NCBI GenBank assembly: GCA_964591805.1
Contig: CAZQDD010000008.1
Span: 27,667 to 91,666, forward strand
Origin: an uncultured Acidobacteriaceae bacterium
Lineage (GTDB): Bacteria > Acidobacteriota > Terriglobia > Terriglobales > Acidobacteriaceae
Direction of reading: 5' to 3'
Length of the DNA: 64,000 bases
Position numbers and translations under genes: made by a program
Notes under the pieces: model-generated
What the model saw: only the letters and a program-made list of their open reading frames with translations
Told to the model about the DNA's origin: nothing
Database searches by the model: none
Part shown: positions 18,047 through 27,692 of the stretch, one piece after another
Numbering within the stretch: the first letter of the stretch is position 1
Layout: each line of letters begins with the position of its first letter

Positions 18047-18883
18047 ATGCTGAAAGCGATATCGACACACCTGCATCTAAGGGAGCGGCTGCATCCGGGA
18101 ATTCTGGACCGACTGGCCGGGGGAGGAGTCACGGGAATCGAAATCTTTGCCATGCGTGGCCATTTCGATTACGACAGTCCGCAGCAGGTTCGCGAGATCG
18201 CGTCCTGGTTCGCTTCGCAAGACGGAGTCAGTGCGCAGTCGATGCATGCGCCGATGTTCCCCTCGGGGGATCGGGGACGATTCGATTTGCCTCCGCTTAA
18301 CATCGCGGGCCATGATCGGCGGGAGCGCATCGAAGCGATGGACGAGATCAAGCGCGCCATTGCAGCCGGGGAGGCGATTCCGTTTCGTTTCCTTGTATTG
18401 CACGTGGGCGTTGCGGGGGAGGGCTTTGATGAACACAAGTTCGAGCAGGCGCTGACTTCCATCGAGCATCTGCGGGCCTTTGCCAAGCCGCTCGGCATGC
18501 GCCTGCTGCTGGAAAACATCGGCAACGAACTCAGCACTCCGGAACAACTGGTAAAGCTGATCCAGACCCTGCGTTACGATGACATCGGAGTGTGCCTCGA
18601 TCTTGGACACGCCCACCTGGGCCCGGGAGTAGAGACGGCGATTGAAATCCTCAAGCCCTGGATCCGTTCGGTTCACGTGCATGACAATCACGGCGTGAAA
18701 GACGAGCACCTGTGGCCGGGCGAAGGCACGATCGACTTCCCCCGCACCATGGAGTTGCTGCGAGCGGCGCCGCAGGTGCCGGCCCTGGTGCTGGAGATCG
18801 AAGGCGATCCCGCGGGCAATCCCGCCTACGGGAAAACCGTGCCCGGAAAGATGCTTGCGTGCTGGAAAATGCTGGAGCCGTAA
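18047..18883 (+). CDS. Sugar phosphate isomerase/epimerase (xylose isomerase-like TIM barrel)
   Basis: LVLHVGV, LLLENIGNE, CLDLGHAHLG and VHVHDNHG..DEHLWPGEGTIDF are metal-binding motifs of the AP_endonuc_2/TIM-barrel family. The antisense ORF 18077..19270 is rejected. Confidence 0.75.
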   Translation: MLKAISTHLHLRERLHPGILDRLAGGGVTGIEIFAMRGHFDYDSPQQVREIASWFASQDGVSAQSMHAPMFPSGDRGRFDLPPLNIAGHDRRERIEAMDEIKRAIAAGEAIPFRFLVLHVGVAGEGFDEHKFEQALTSIEHLRAFAKPLGMRLLLENIGNELSTPEQLVKLIQTLRYDDIGVCLDLGHAHLGPGVETAIEILKPWIRSVHVHDNHGVKDEHLWPGEGTIDFPRTMELLRAAPQVPALVLEIEGDPAGNPAYGKTVPGKMLACWKMLEP

Positions 18884-19227
18884 GCCGCGCGAAACGAATG
18901 TGGCCAGTGGCGTGAGGCTGGCATGCGGATTCTGCGTGCCGGTCAGATACATCTGTGACAGCAGAGAGGTCATCCTCTTATTTATGGAGACTTGCCTCGG
19001 CGGCAACCTCAGCTCGCAACGTGACAGGAGATGACCATGGCATCCGTCGCCCAATCGCCAGCCGCTCCTGTCTGCGCCCTGTGCTCGCTGGCGCGGCGAC
19101 CGGAAGACGCAGAAGCCGTACTCCGCGGACTTGACTAGTCTGCAGTTCCTCTTCATTCTTAGTGTTTTGTTTCCGAACCGACATTGCAAGGATTTTTCCA
19201 AGCCGGACGAACGGAGCGGGCGCTTCC

Positions 19228-20688
19228 ATGGGCGAACTTTCAGTATCGAAGGGTTCCACAGGTCTACCATGTGGCGAAGCTACGTTCCCAGCTAACCAGC
19301 TGCGCCGGAGCCTTCGCATCCGAGATGGCGTTGCTCTCATAGTTTCCAACGTAGTGGGTGTCGGCATTTTCACTACTCCGGCGATCATTGCCGCGCTGGT
19401 TCCCAATCCGGCTGCAATGCTTGTGCTCTGGATCGTTGGAGGACTTCTGGCGCTTGCGGGAGCAATGTCATACGGCGAATTGGCCAGGATCATCCCTCGC
19501 GCCGGAGGAGAGTACGTATACCTGACGAAGGTGTACGGGCCAGCGGCGGGATTTCTTTCGGGCTGGACGTCGCTGATCGCGGGCTTTTCCGGCGCCGTCG
19601 CTGCCTGTTCCGTGGGACTGGTGGCTTATGCAGGCGAATATTTCCCCCGGATGGCTTCGACCCGCGTTCTCTGGTCGGCCCACGTCTCCGTTCTCGGTCT
19701 CACGTTCACGCCACGGTCGCTAAGCGCTGCTGCAATCATCCTGATGTTTGCCGTGATTCACGTGTTCAGCCTCGGCAAGGTGAAGATTGTGCAGAACACG
19801 CTGGCATTGCTGATTGCAACCATGATCTTTGCATTTGCAATCTGCGGATTTGCGTTCGGGCATGGCTCGTGGACGCACTTTGCGCCGTCGTCTGAACCCT
19901 TGCGCCCGATGAACTGGATGCTGGCGCTGATTCCGGTCATGTTCACCTATAGCGGGTGGAATGCCGCCGCCTACGTGGCAGAAGAATTGCACGATGTAAA
20001 ACGCACGATCGGTCCGGTTCTGCTCATCGGAACCACCATCGTGGTTGGTCTCTATGCGCTCTTGAACACGCTCTATATCTATGCGATTCCGGCCGGGAAA
20101 ATGAGCAGCGCGATCAACGTCGGGGACGTAGCGGCGCAAGCCCTGTTCGGGGTGGGCAGCAACTTTGTGACTCCGCTGTTGATGGTCGCGCTCCTGGGCA
20201 GTATCAGCGCCATGACGATTGCAGGGCCGCGCGTCTATTTCGCCATGGCTCGCGACGGCGCCTTCATACCGGCTTTTGGCCGCACCAGCAGGAGGTTCGG
20301 AACACCGGCGTTGGCAATCGCCCTGCAGGCGATGTGGAGCGTGATCCTGGTTACCGCCGGAAAGTTCGAGCAGATATTGCTCTACACCGGATTCGCGGTC
20401 ATGTTGTCTTCCGGTGTCGCCGTGGCGGGACTGCTGGTGATCCGCCGGGATGAACTGAGACGCAGCCGCGCGGCGCGGATACGAGCGCTGGTTCCCGCGG
20501 CGTTTGTCCTCGCCTGCATCGCGATTGTGCTCAATGCAATACTCCGGGCGCCAGGAACTGCCGCGGTGGGGGCGGCGTTGATTGCCGCGGGAATTCCGCT
20601 CTTTCTGTTTTTGAAAATGGGCAGGACGGAGGGCGCCACGCCGCAGCCTGTCTGCAATAAGGAAATTTCCGTGGAGGAAACATTCTAA
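19228..20688 (+). CDS. APC-family amino acid permease
   Basis: About 12 TM segments. VSNVVGVGIFTTPAII and YGELARIIPRAGGEYVY are typical of amino acid/polyamine/organocation transporters. The alternative start is at 19162. Confidence 0.8.
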   Translation: MGELSVSKGSTGLPCGEATFPANQLRRSLRIRDGVALIVSNVVGVGIFTTPAIIAALVPNPAAMLVLWIVGGLLALAGAMSYGELARIIPRAGGEYVYLTKVYGPAAGFLSGWTSLIAGFSGAVAACSVGLVAYAGEYFPRMASTRVLWSAHVSVLGLTFTPRSLSAAAIILMFAVIHVFSLGKVKIVQNTLALLIATMIFAFAICGFAFGHGSWTHFAPSSEPLRPMNWMLALIPVMFTYSGWNAAAYVAEELHDVKRTIGPVLLIGTTIVVGLYALLNTLYIYAIPAGKMSSAINVGDVAAQALFGVGSNFVTPLLMVALLGSISAMTIAGPRVYFAMARDGAFIPAFGRTSRRFGTPALAIALQAMWSVILVTAGKFEQILLYTGFAVMLSSGVAVAGLLVIRRDELRRSRAARIRALVPAAFVLACIAIVLNAILRAPGTAAVGAALIAAGIPLFLFLKMGRTEGATPQPVCNKEISVEETF

Positions 20689-22100
20689 TGGAGAGAAAAC
20701 CGGTTCTTCTCTTGCTCTTCCTGTTGCTCGGCGGGTTGACTCTATTTTCGGTGCCTGCTTGCTGTCAACTCCCGGCGCCGGAATTCATATCGCTGGATTC
20801 CGCTGCACCGGTGCTGGACGGAACCAGGGAAATATTGCCCGCGGAGTTGAAGCACTCAGACGGCAAATTAAGCCGGGAAGACTGGGACCGATGGGTGCGC
20901 GCGCAAGACACGGCGGTTCGTCACCGTCTGGAAACTGGCGAAGAAGACACGCTGACGAACCTGCTGCGCTTTGGAGTGACATTCACAAAAGAATACAGAA
21001 TCGATCGTGAGTATCTGACCGCGTACGGTCATAGCAGCCTGGTGGATTCCTTTGCCGGCAACCGCGCCAATGACCTGATCCGTGCGCTGGCTTCTCCCGC
21101 AACTAAGAACGAGGGTCTGTTACAGGAGCGTGTACTGCTGGAAAAGAAGGGATTCTCATTCAACACCCCGCAGGAACGCGCACGGCTAAAGAAGTATCTG
21201 CTGGAGAATCTTGCACGCATGCGGGACGAATTCGCGGCTTACCGCGAGAAACTGAAAACCGCTGGAACAGCGGAAGAATCGCAGATGTACGCAGACCGTG
21301 GCATCTCGCTGGATACCAACCTGTGGCCCGACTATGCTCTCGACCGGACCTTTCGAGAAATGTTGGAATCAGGAAAGCTGAAACCGGGCAGTATCAGGAG
21401 GATTGCGATTGTAGGACCCGGGCTCGACTTTGCAAACAAGGAGAATGGAAACGACTTCTATCCTCCACAGACCATCCAGCCCTTCGCCGTGATCGATTCG
21501 CTGACCCGGTTGGGGCTCTCCAACACGGCAACGCTGGAGATGTTCACGCTCGATATAAGCCAGAGCGTCAATGTCCACCTGCAGCGCGCGCGCCGAAACG
21601 CGTCGCAGGGGAAAGCCTACGGTGTACAGCTTCCATGGAACAGTTCGGTTCCATTCAGCCAGGAGTATCTGGCGAGCTTTACCCAGTATTGGAAAAGGCT
21701 GGGAGATCAGATCGGCGTACCGGCGAAACCTGTCGCCGTCCCCGAGGCGCTGGCACAAGAAGTCAACATCCGCGCAGTTTCGATTCGTCCGCAAGTGGTC
21801 GAACGCATCACGCCGATCGATGTCAATATCGTTTTCCAGCGGCTGCCAATCTCGAATCCAGAACAGCAGTTTGACCTCATCATCGGAACCAATATTTTCA
21901 TTTACTACGATGCCTTCGAGCAGTCGCTGGCGAGAGCCAACGTGGCAGCCATGCTCAGGCCGGGCGGCTACCTGCTCACCAACAACCTGCTGGCAGACAA
22001 GGTCGCGTCAAAACTGATTCCGGCACAAACCACCACGATCATTGTCTCTGCCGAACCTCTGATCAAGGAGCAGGTATTCTGCTACGAACGGGAGCGGTAG
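20688..22100 (+). CDS. Hypothetical protein with a signal peptide/anchor and CheR-like methyltransferase-type motifs
   Basis: N-terminus MERKPVLLLLFLLLGGLTLFSVPA. IAIVGPGLDF resembles SAM motif I, and FDLIIGTNIFIYYD resembles the CheR FD.I.CRNVLIYF block. The ATG overlaps the permease stop (TAATG). Confidence 0.5.
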   Translation: MERKPVLLLLFLLLGGLTLFSVPACCQLPAPEFISLDSAAPVLDGTREILPAELKHSDGKLSREDWDRWVRAQDTAVRHRLETGEEDTLTNLLRFGVTFTKEYRIDREYLTAYGHSSLVDSFAGNRANDLIRALASPATKNEGLLQERVLLEKKGFSFNTPQERARLKKYLLENLARMRDEFAAYREKLKTAGTAEESQMYADRGISLDTNLWPDYALDRTFREMLESGKLKPGSIRRIAIVGPGLDFANKENGNDFYPPQTIQPFAVIDSLTRLGLSNTATLEMFTLDISQSVNVHLQRARRNASQGKAYGVQLPWNSSVPFSQEYLASFTQYWKRLGDQIGVPAKPVAVPEALAQEVNIRAVSIRPQVVERITPIDVNIVFQRLPISNPEQQFDLIIGTNIFIYYDAFEQSLARANVAAMLRPGGYLLTNNLLADKVASKLIPAQTTTIIVSAEPLIKEQVFCYERER

Positions 22101-22296
22101 CGCGGCACAAAGTCCGGTGGGGTTCGGCAAACAGCAAACTGCGGATTCGGGCGAGGATTGAAACGAATCAGGAAACTCCGTGACCGACATCACACAGACT
22201 GCCTGCCCGGAGGGCATACTATAATTTCTGCAAACGGCAAGGCATCAGGCTGCAACCCGTGCCATGCCCGCTTCAGATCATCTCAAGGACGGACCT

Positions 22297-22977
22297 ATGG
22301 CAGAAACGAGTGGGGGCAACAGTTCCCAGAGTTGGACGAGCACGCAGGCATACATCATGGCAGTTCTCTGCCTTCTGGTGGGAGGCGCGGTGGGATACCT
22401 GCTGCGCGGTTCCGTGGGCAGCAGCAGCGCTCCCGCACCGGCTGCGGTTGAGCAGCAACCGGGAGTACCGCCGGCCGGCATGGGGCAGCAGATGCCTTCC
22501 CCTGAACAACTAAAGGCAATGGCGGATAAGCAGGCGGCGCCGCTGCTGGAACAGCTCAAGGCAAAGCCCAATGACGCGCCCCTGTTGTCGCAGATTGGCA
22601 ACATGTATTACGACGCGCAGGTTTTTCCGGTTGCAATCGATTATTACCAGAAGGCCCTGGCGATTGACCCGAAGAACTCGTCCGTGCGCACGGACCTGGC
22701 CACCGCGCTGTTTTATAACGGCGACCTCGATCACTCGATTGCCGAGTTTGATCACGCCCTGAAGGATGATCCCAAGAACAGCAATGCACTGTTCAACCGC
22801 GGAATCGTGAAGTGGCAGGGAAGAATGGACGTCAATGGCGCAGTGGCGGATTGGGAGCTGCTTTTGAAGCAGAATCCCAATTACGATCAAGCCGACAAGG
22901 TCCGGATGTATATGGCGCAGGCCAAGAAACACGCCAACATCAAGCCCGGCCAGAAGACCGATAAGCCGGCGATGTAA
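22297..22977 (+). CDS. TM-anchored TPR protein (CcmH/NrfG-like architecture), paralogue of 49676..50332
   Basis: A single TM segment (AYIMAVLCLLVGGAVGYLL) is followed by a Pro/Ala linker and TPR repeats (AIDYYQKALAIDPKN, AEFDHALKDDPKN). It is colinear with 49676..50332. The start was chosen by alignment with that paralogue; the track start is 22264. Confidence 0.65.
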   Translation: MAETSGGNSSQSWTSTQAYIMAVLCLLVGGAVGYLLRGSVGSSSAPAPAAVEQQPGVPPAGMGQQMPSPEQLKAMADKQAAPLLEQLKAKPNDAPLLSQIGNMYYDAQVFPVAIDYYQKALAIDPKNSSVRTDLATALFYNGDLDHSIAEFDHALKDDPKNSNALFNRGIVKWQGRMDVNGAVADWELLLKQNPNYDQADKVRMYMAQAKKHANIKPGQKTDKPAM

Positions 22978-23021
22978 GACTCGATCCGGGCCGTGGTGAC
23001 CTCTGGATCAACCACCATCTG

Positions 23022-23047
23022 GAACCCGCGGATGATTCCGCGGGTTT
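23022..23047 (+). terminator. Hairpin after the TPR gene, a possible terminator
   Basis: gaacccgcgga, loop tgat, then tccgcgggttt. The T-tract has only three T residues. Confidence 0.4.
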
Positions 23048-23114
23048 GATCGTGGGCAAAGAATTCGCGAACCAGACTCGGGAAACGCCAATCCAGGAGT
23101 TCGGGAATTTCTAA

Positions 23115-25256
23115 ATGCAGAACTTTACGGTCGCCGACCTGGTGCAGACCACCTTCGCGACGTTGGCCTTCGCTCTATTTCTTCTTCCTCCCGGATATCT
23201 GCTGGGTCTGGCCAGCAACCTTTTCGGCATGCGCAGCCGTTCCGCGGCCGAAAAGATACTGTTCAGCGTGGCGTTTTCCATTGCCGCCACTCCCATCCTG
23301 GCAGTGCTACTGACGCGAATTTCTTCCTACAAGATCACGCTGGCGTTTTTCCTTCTGCTTGCCGTGATCGCCATGGCAAACGTCCTCAGGCAGCTCCCGC
23401 TTCCGGCAGGATTTTTCAGGGGTATTCGGCAGAGCACATGGCTCCTGCTCGGCATGATGCTGGCCTGGTTCCTGGCCGTGCAGTTCGCGCTCGCCGACCT
23501 GCAGATCGGGCATCGTCTCTACATCAGCTTTGTGGCCTTCGATCACTCCGTGCGCCTGCCGCTGGTCGAGGCGGCGGCAAGAGGTGGAATCCCGCCCCGC
23601 AATCCCTTCTACGGCGTAGGGAAAATTCCCGTTCTTCGATATTTCTACTACTGGTATGTCGTGTGTGCCTTGCCGATGCGGCTGGCCGGCCTGAGCGCCA
23701 AAGGTTGCTTCGACGCCAGCGTGTTCTGGAGCGGACTCGGACTCGGGGCCATCATTCCACTTTTCCTGAAGTACTTCCTTGGCGAGACGGAACATCTTCG
23801 CAGAAAATCCGTGATCGGGATCGCGTTGCTTGCGGTGACCGGCCTGGATCTTCTCCCTTATAGTGCAAAGGTCCTGCACCTTCACGCATTGTTCCCCGAC
23901 ATGGAGTGGTGGGACTCAAACCAGGTCACGTCCTGGCTGGGTTCGCTGTTATGGGTGCCGCATCATGTGGCGGCGCTTACGGCCTGCATGGCTGGCCTGC
24001 TCGCGCTCTCCACGGTCGAGGAGGATCACCCGCTGCGACCCAGGGCCTGGGCCGCGGCATTGGCAGGATTGGCCTTTGCCAGCGCCGCCGGCCTCTCGGT
24101 CTACGTGACCTTTACCTTCGCCGTTTTTGCGATTTGCTGGGCGCTGCAGACGCTCCGGCAGAAGAGAATCAAGACCGTTGCCACCTATGTGGCGACGGCT
24201 GCTTTTTCGCTATTGCTCTCATGGCCTTTCCTGCTGGATTTGCTTTTAAATCCGGCGGCTACGGTTGTGGGCTCCTCCCCTGGCGGCGGGCAATTCGCTC
24301 GTTTCGCGATCCGCGATTGTTCCGATGCGCTCCTGCTCCTGGGCCAGTTGGGCCTGCACAACGTCTGGCTGCTCAATCTGGCGAAGCTGCCGGTACTTCT
24401 GATCGTGTACCTCCTCGAGTTCGGATTTTTCGCCCTGATCATGGTGTTGAATCTGCGCAGAGACCGGCGGAACCCGGTTCCGCTGACCAGGCAGCGCCGC
24501 ATGGCGTGGATGATGTTCGTGGTCTGCCTGCTGACAATGAGCATTGCCAAGTCTGACGCGACGAGTCAAAACGACCTGGGGTACAGGGGTATGCTCGTCG
24601 TCCAGTTTGTCCTGCTACTATGGTCGGCACCGCTGCTGCACGATGCTTTCTACCATAAAGGTGCCAGTGCGCCCGTGGGTCCTGAGCCGGCGTGGATCAA
24701 GAGTCTATTGATTTGCACGCTGGTGCTCGGTGTGGCCGGAACCACGTACCAGTTCGTTACGCTGCGCGTTTACGCACCCCTGGCGGACACCGGGAAGTGG
24801 GCGCGTGCGGAAACCTTTCTTGGCGACCCGGGGTTTGGAGAGCGAACCTACTGGATGCGCGAGGGCTTCAGCCGGCTCAACGGACTCACTTCCTCCAGCA
24901 CGTCGGTGCAATACAACCCGGTGCGGGACGAGGCCCTGATCGCCCGTCTGTATTCCACGCGGCAGACGGCTATGGCAGATGCGTTTTGCGGCAGCGCCTT
25001 TGGCGGCGACCTGCAAAAATGCAGGGAGGCGTTTCCGCGCATCGCCTCGGCTTTCAATTCTCCAAGTGCCGCGCACCGCCTGAATCTGGATGGCTTTTGC
25101 GATGACTTCCGGGTGAATGTGCTGGTGGCCACCGATGTGGACCCTGTCTGGCAGGATAAGAGTAGCTGGGTCTGGGCCCGGCCCAGCCTCCTGTCCAACC
25201 CATCGCTGCGCGCAATCCGTTGCGGCACCGCACCTGGTTCTCCCCTCGGGCGATAA
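23115..25256 (+). CDS. Large polytopic membrane protein of unknown function (713 aa)
   Basis: At least 12 hydrophobic segments are followed by a C-terminal soluble region of about 150 aa. I recognise no defining motif. It belongs to the set of large membrane proteins around the cytochrome cluster. Confidence 0.7.
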   Translation: MQNFTVADLVQTTFATLAFALFLLPPGYLLGLASNLFGMRSRSAAEKILFSVAFSIAATPILAVLLTRISSYKITLAFFLLLAVIAMANVLRQLPLPAGFFRGIRQSTWLLLGMMLAWFLAVQFALADLQIGHRLYISFVAFDHSVRLPLVEAAARGGIPPRNPFYGVGKIPVLRYFYYWYVVCALPMRLAGLSAKGCFDASVFWSGLGLGAIIPLFLKYFLGETEHLRRKSVIGIALLAVTGLDLLPYSAKVLHLHALFPDMEWWDSNQVTSWLGSLLWVPHHVAALTACMAGLLALSTVEEDHPLRPRAWAAALAGLAFASAAGLSVYVTFTFAVFAICWALQTLRQKRIKTVATYVATAAFSLLLSWPFLLDLLLNPAATVVGSSPGGGQFARFAIRDCSDALLLLGQLGLHNVWLLNLAKLPVLLIVYLLEFGFFALIMVLNLRRDRRNPVPLTRQRRMAWMMFVVCLLTMSIAKSDATSQNDLGYRGMLVVQFVLLLWSAPLLHDAFYHKGASAPVGPEPAWIKSLLICTLVLGVAGTTYQFVTLRVYAPLADTGKWARAETFLGDPGFGERTYWMREGFSRLNGLTSSSTSVQYNPVRDEALIARLYSTRQTAMADAFCGSAFGGDLQKCREAFPRIASAFNSPSAAHRLNLDGFCDDFRVNVLVATDVDPVWQDKSSWVWARPSLLSNPSLRAIRCGTAPGSPLGR

Positions 25257-25376
25257 ACCGGAAACCGTGAGGCGGGCCGCACCCGGTTGCCATCCGCTGC
25301 GCGGGTTGGCGCGCAATAGAGTCCGGTTGAAACCTTTCATGCGCAATGGGATACTTGAAACGCTTTCGTCGCCATC

Positions 25377-27692
25377 ATGAATTTCCCCGCAGAGAAATCT
25401 TATCGAATTGCCGTTCTGGTCCTTCTCGTTCTGGTGCTGGCAAATGCGCTGGCCGCAGGGCTGCGCACGGTATCGGATTCCGACATGGGCTGGCACCTTG
25501 CCACCGGCAGATACGTTGTCCAGCATCATTCCATCCCCAGCACCGACGTACTTTCCTATACCGCAGCGGGCATGCCGTGGATCTATCCTCCGTTTGCCGG
25601 AGTACTGCTGTACCTGATCTATGGCGCCTTCGGCTACGCGGGACTCAGCTGGTTCTGCGCCCTGGCATGCGGGGCGACGGTGGCGTACCTGGTGCGCAGA
25701 TGTGATCTTGCGTCTATCGTCTTAGCCATGTGCGCCGTGGAGCCGATTGCGTTTCGCACCGGGCCGCGCGCCGACCTGTTCAACACTGTCTTCTTCACCA
25801 TTTTTCTTGGCGTATTGTGGGCGTTCCAGCGGGGGTCCAACAAACGACTGTGGCCGTTGGCGATCACCATGTTCCTCTGGGTCAACGTGCATCCTGGGTT
25901 CATCCTCGGATTGGCCGTGATTGGCGCCTACCTTTTGCTGGAAGCCTGCGAGTTGCCTTTTGCCGGGCGCCGTCCGGCAGCGCTGGAGCGTCTTCGGCAA
26001 GCGTGGCCGTGGCTCGCCGGAACTGTTGCGGTAACCCTGTTAAACCCCTGGGGCTATAGACTTTATTCCGCCTCGTTCACCCTGGCGGGATTGTAAGGTC
26101 AGCAGCAAGGCGCCTTCAACACATCCGCGTTTATCAACGAATTTCTCTCGGTTCCTCTGTCGTCCCATTTGCTGACACAGCTTGTGGATATCAGGCATCC
26201 CGAGAATGGTTTTACCTGGCTGATGCTGGTTGCCATCGTGGTGATTGCCCTGGCATTGTGGCGAACCCAATTCGGCGCGGCGGTAATCCAGGCAGCGGCC
26301 CTCTATCTTGCGGTCGAGCACGCGCGCTACATCGGGCTCTTCTGCGTGACGACCGTGATCGCCGGTGGCACGCTGCTGGGCGAAGCGTTTAGCACCGGTC
26401 CGCCGGAGCCGGGGCCGCAGTTCCGGCCAAAACCTCAACCACTGATTCGCGTGCCGGTGGTCCTAGCGCTGGTTTTCATTTGTGCCATCTGCGCGATCAC
26501 CGTGCTGCACGCGGCCGATTTCATCTCCAACCGTACCCACGTCGTCTTCCGCACCGAGTCTCGTTTTGGCGCCGGCGAAGCATCCTGGTTTCCCGAGCGT
26601 GCCGCCAGTTTCATCCGGCGCGAACGGCTGCCGGGAAACATTTTCGAGGAGTACGGTCTGGGTGGTTTTGCCGCGTGGCGTCTGGGCCCTGAGCACGCAG
26701 ACTTCATCGATGGGCGCTTCGATCACCTGGCCCCCGCGGTGTTGGTAGAAGAGCAGAAGCTTCTGTCGCAGGCGCCCGGCTCGCCAGCCTGGCAGGCTGC
26801 GGCAGACAAGTGGGGCATCAATGTGCTGCTGATTCTGGAGGCGGAGCCCCGGGCCGTTGACCGCGAGGATGCCATGGCTTTCTGCCAGAGCGCAAACTGG
26901 AGTCCGATCTACATGGACGAAATCTCGCTGGTGCTCGTGCGCAATATTCCATCCAACCGGCCCTGGATCGATCGTCTCCAGATCGACTGCCGCATCCAGC
27001 GGCTCGTGCCACCGCCATCGGCTTCGCGTAAAGACCTCTATGACTACTTCGCCAACGCCGGGGGAATGCTTTACGCATTACAACGCGATCATGAATCTGA
27101 GGCGGCGCTGCGGGGTGCCCTGGTTCTTTACCCGGAGGACCCCAACGCAAGATTGGTGCTGGCACAGCTTTACCAACGTCACCAAATGCTGGACAAAGCC
27201 GAGGCCGAATACCGCGCCAGCCTGGCGCTGAGCGAGAGCGATCAGCCCTGGTATGAGCTGGGGCAAATCTATGTGCAGCAAAGGCGCTTGCCTGAAGCCG
27301 GACAGGCATTTGCGCGAGCTGCCCATCTTTCCGTGAATCCGCTGATTCCATACATGGCGCTGGCGCAAGTAGAACTCTGGCAGAAGCATCCCGAAGCGGC
27401 ACTGGAGGCGTTCTCCGGCGCCGAAAGGAGCAGCCCGTACCGCAGCGGAGCGGAATCGCTGGCGCCCGATCTCTATGCGGAGATCGCCGACGGGCGCTCC
27501 GACGCCCAGTTCATGCTTTCCCATCTCTCCCAGGCGATCGAATTTCAGAAGGAAGCCGTGCGGCTCACTCCGTCCGTCGCCAACCGCTGGAACAAGCTCG
27601 CCGATCTCTATGATTCGGCGGGCCAGTCGGATTTGTCCCAGCAGGCGCGAGAGAAAGCGCGAGAGCTGGACCACAACGCGGGTCCACGCTAA
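25377..27692 (+). pseudogene. GT-C-like polytopic membrane protein with a C-terminal TPR domain, interrupted by one in-frame TAA (26094-26096)
   Basis: Track ORFs 25377..26096 and 26169..27692 are in the same frame (both start coordinates divisible by 3), and no other stop lies between them. The joined product (about 771 codons) is colinear with the intact 787-aa paralogue 46844..49207 across the stop: NPWGYRLYS...stop...IRHPENGFTWL aligns with NPWGWRIYS... Confidence 0.7.

Noticed and set aside
19031-19138. A short ORF (about 33-35 aa, MTMASVAQSPAAPVCALCSLARRPEDAEAVLRGLD) with an AGGAG site upstream of the amino acid permease. It could be a leader peptide or lie within a riboswitch region.
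   Set aside because: It is too short and unsupported by any recognisable motif. I recognised no glycine, lysine or SAM riboswitch core sequences in the 340-nt spacer.
23907-23915. A WWD tripeptide (EWWDSNQ, followed by VPHH) in membrane protein 23115..25256. It recalls the WWDYG motif of oligosaccharyltransferases and the WWD domain of haem-handling proteins.
   Set aside because: The context does not fit either family. There is no WWDxG, the motif lies mid-protein between TM segments rather than in a C-terminal periplasmic domain, and there is no WGxxWxWD pattern. It is probably coincidental and worth only an HMM check.
25327-25355. TTGAAA-N17-GATACT upstream of 25377 as a sigma-70 promoter.
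   Set aside because: It is a plausible match, but it would leave an almost leaderless mRNA with no Shine-Dalgarno sequence. TTGAAAC-like strings recur in this window for unknown reasons. It is too weak to list as a feature.
26094-26096. Recoding (selenocysteine or pyrrolysine) as the explanation for the in-frame stop in the GT-C-like gene.
   Set aside because: The codon is TAA, not TGA or TAG, and the paralogues have an ordinary variable linker at this position.
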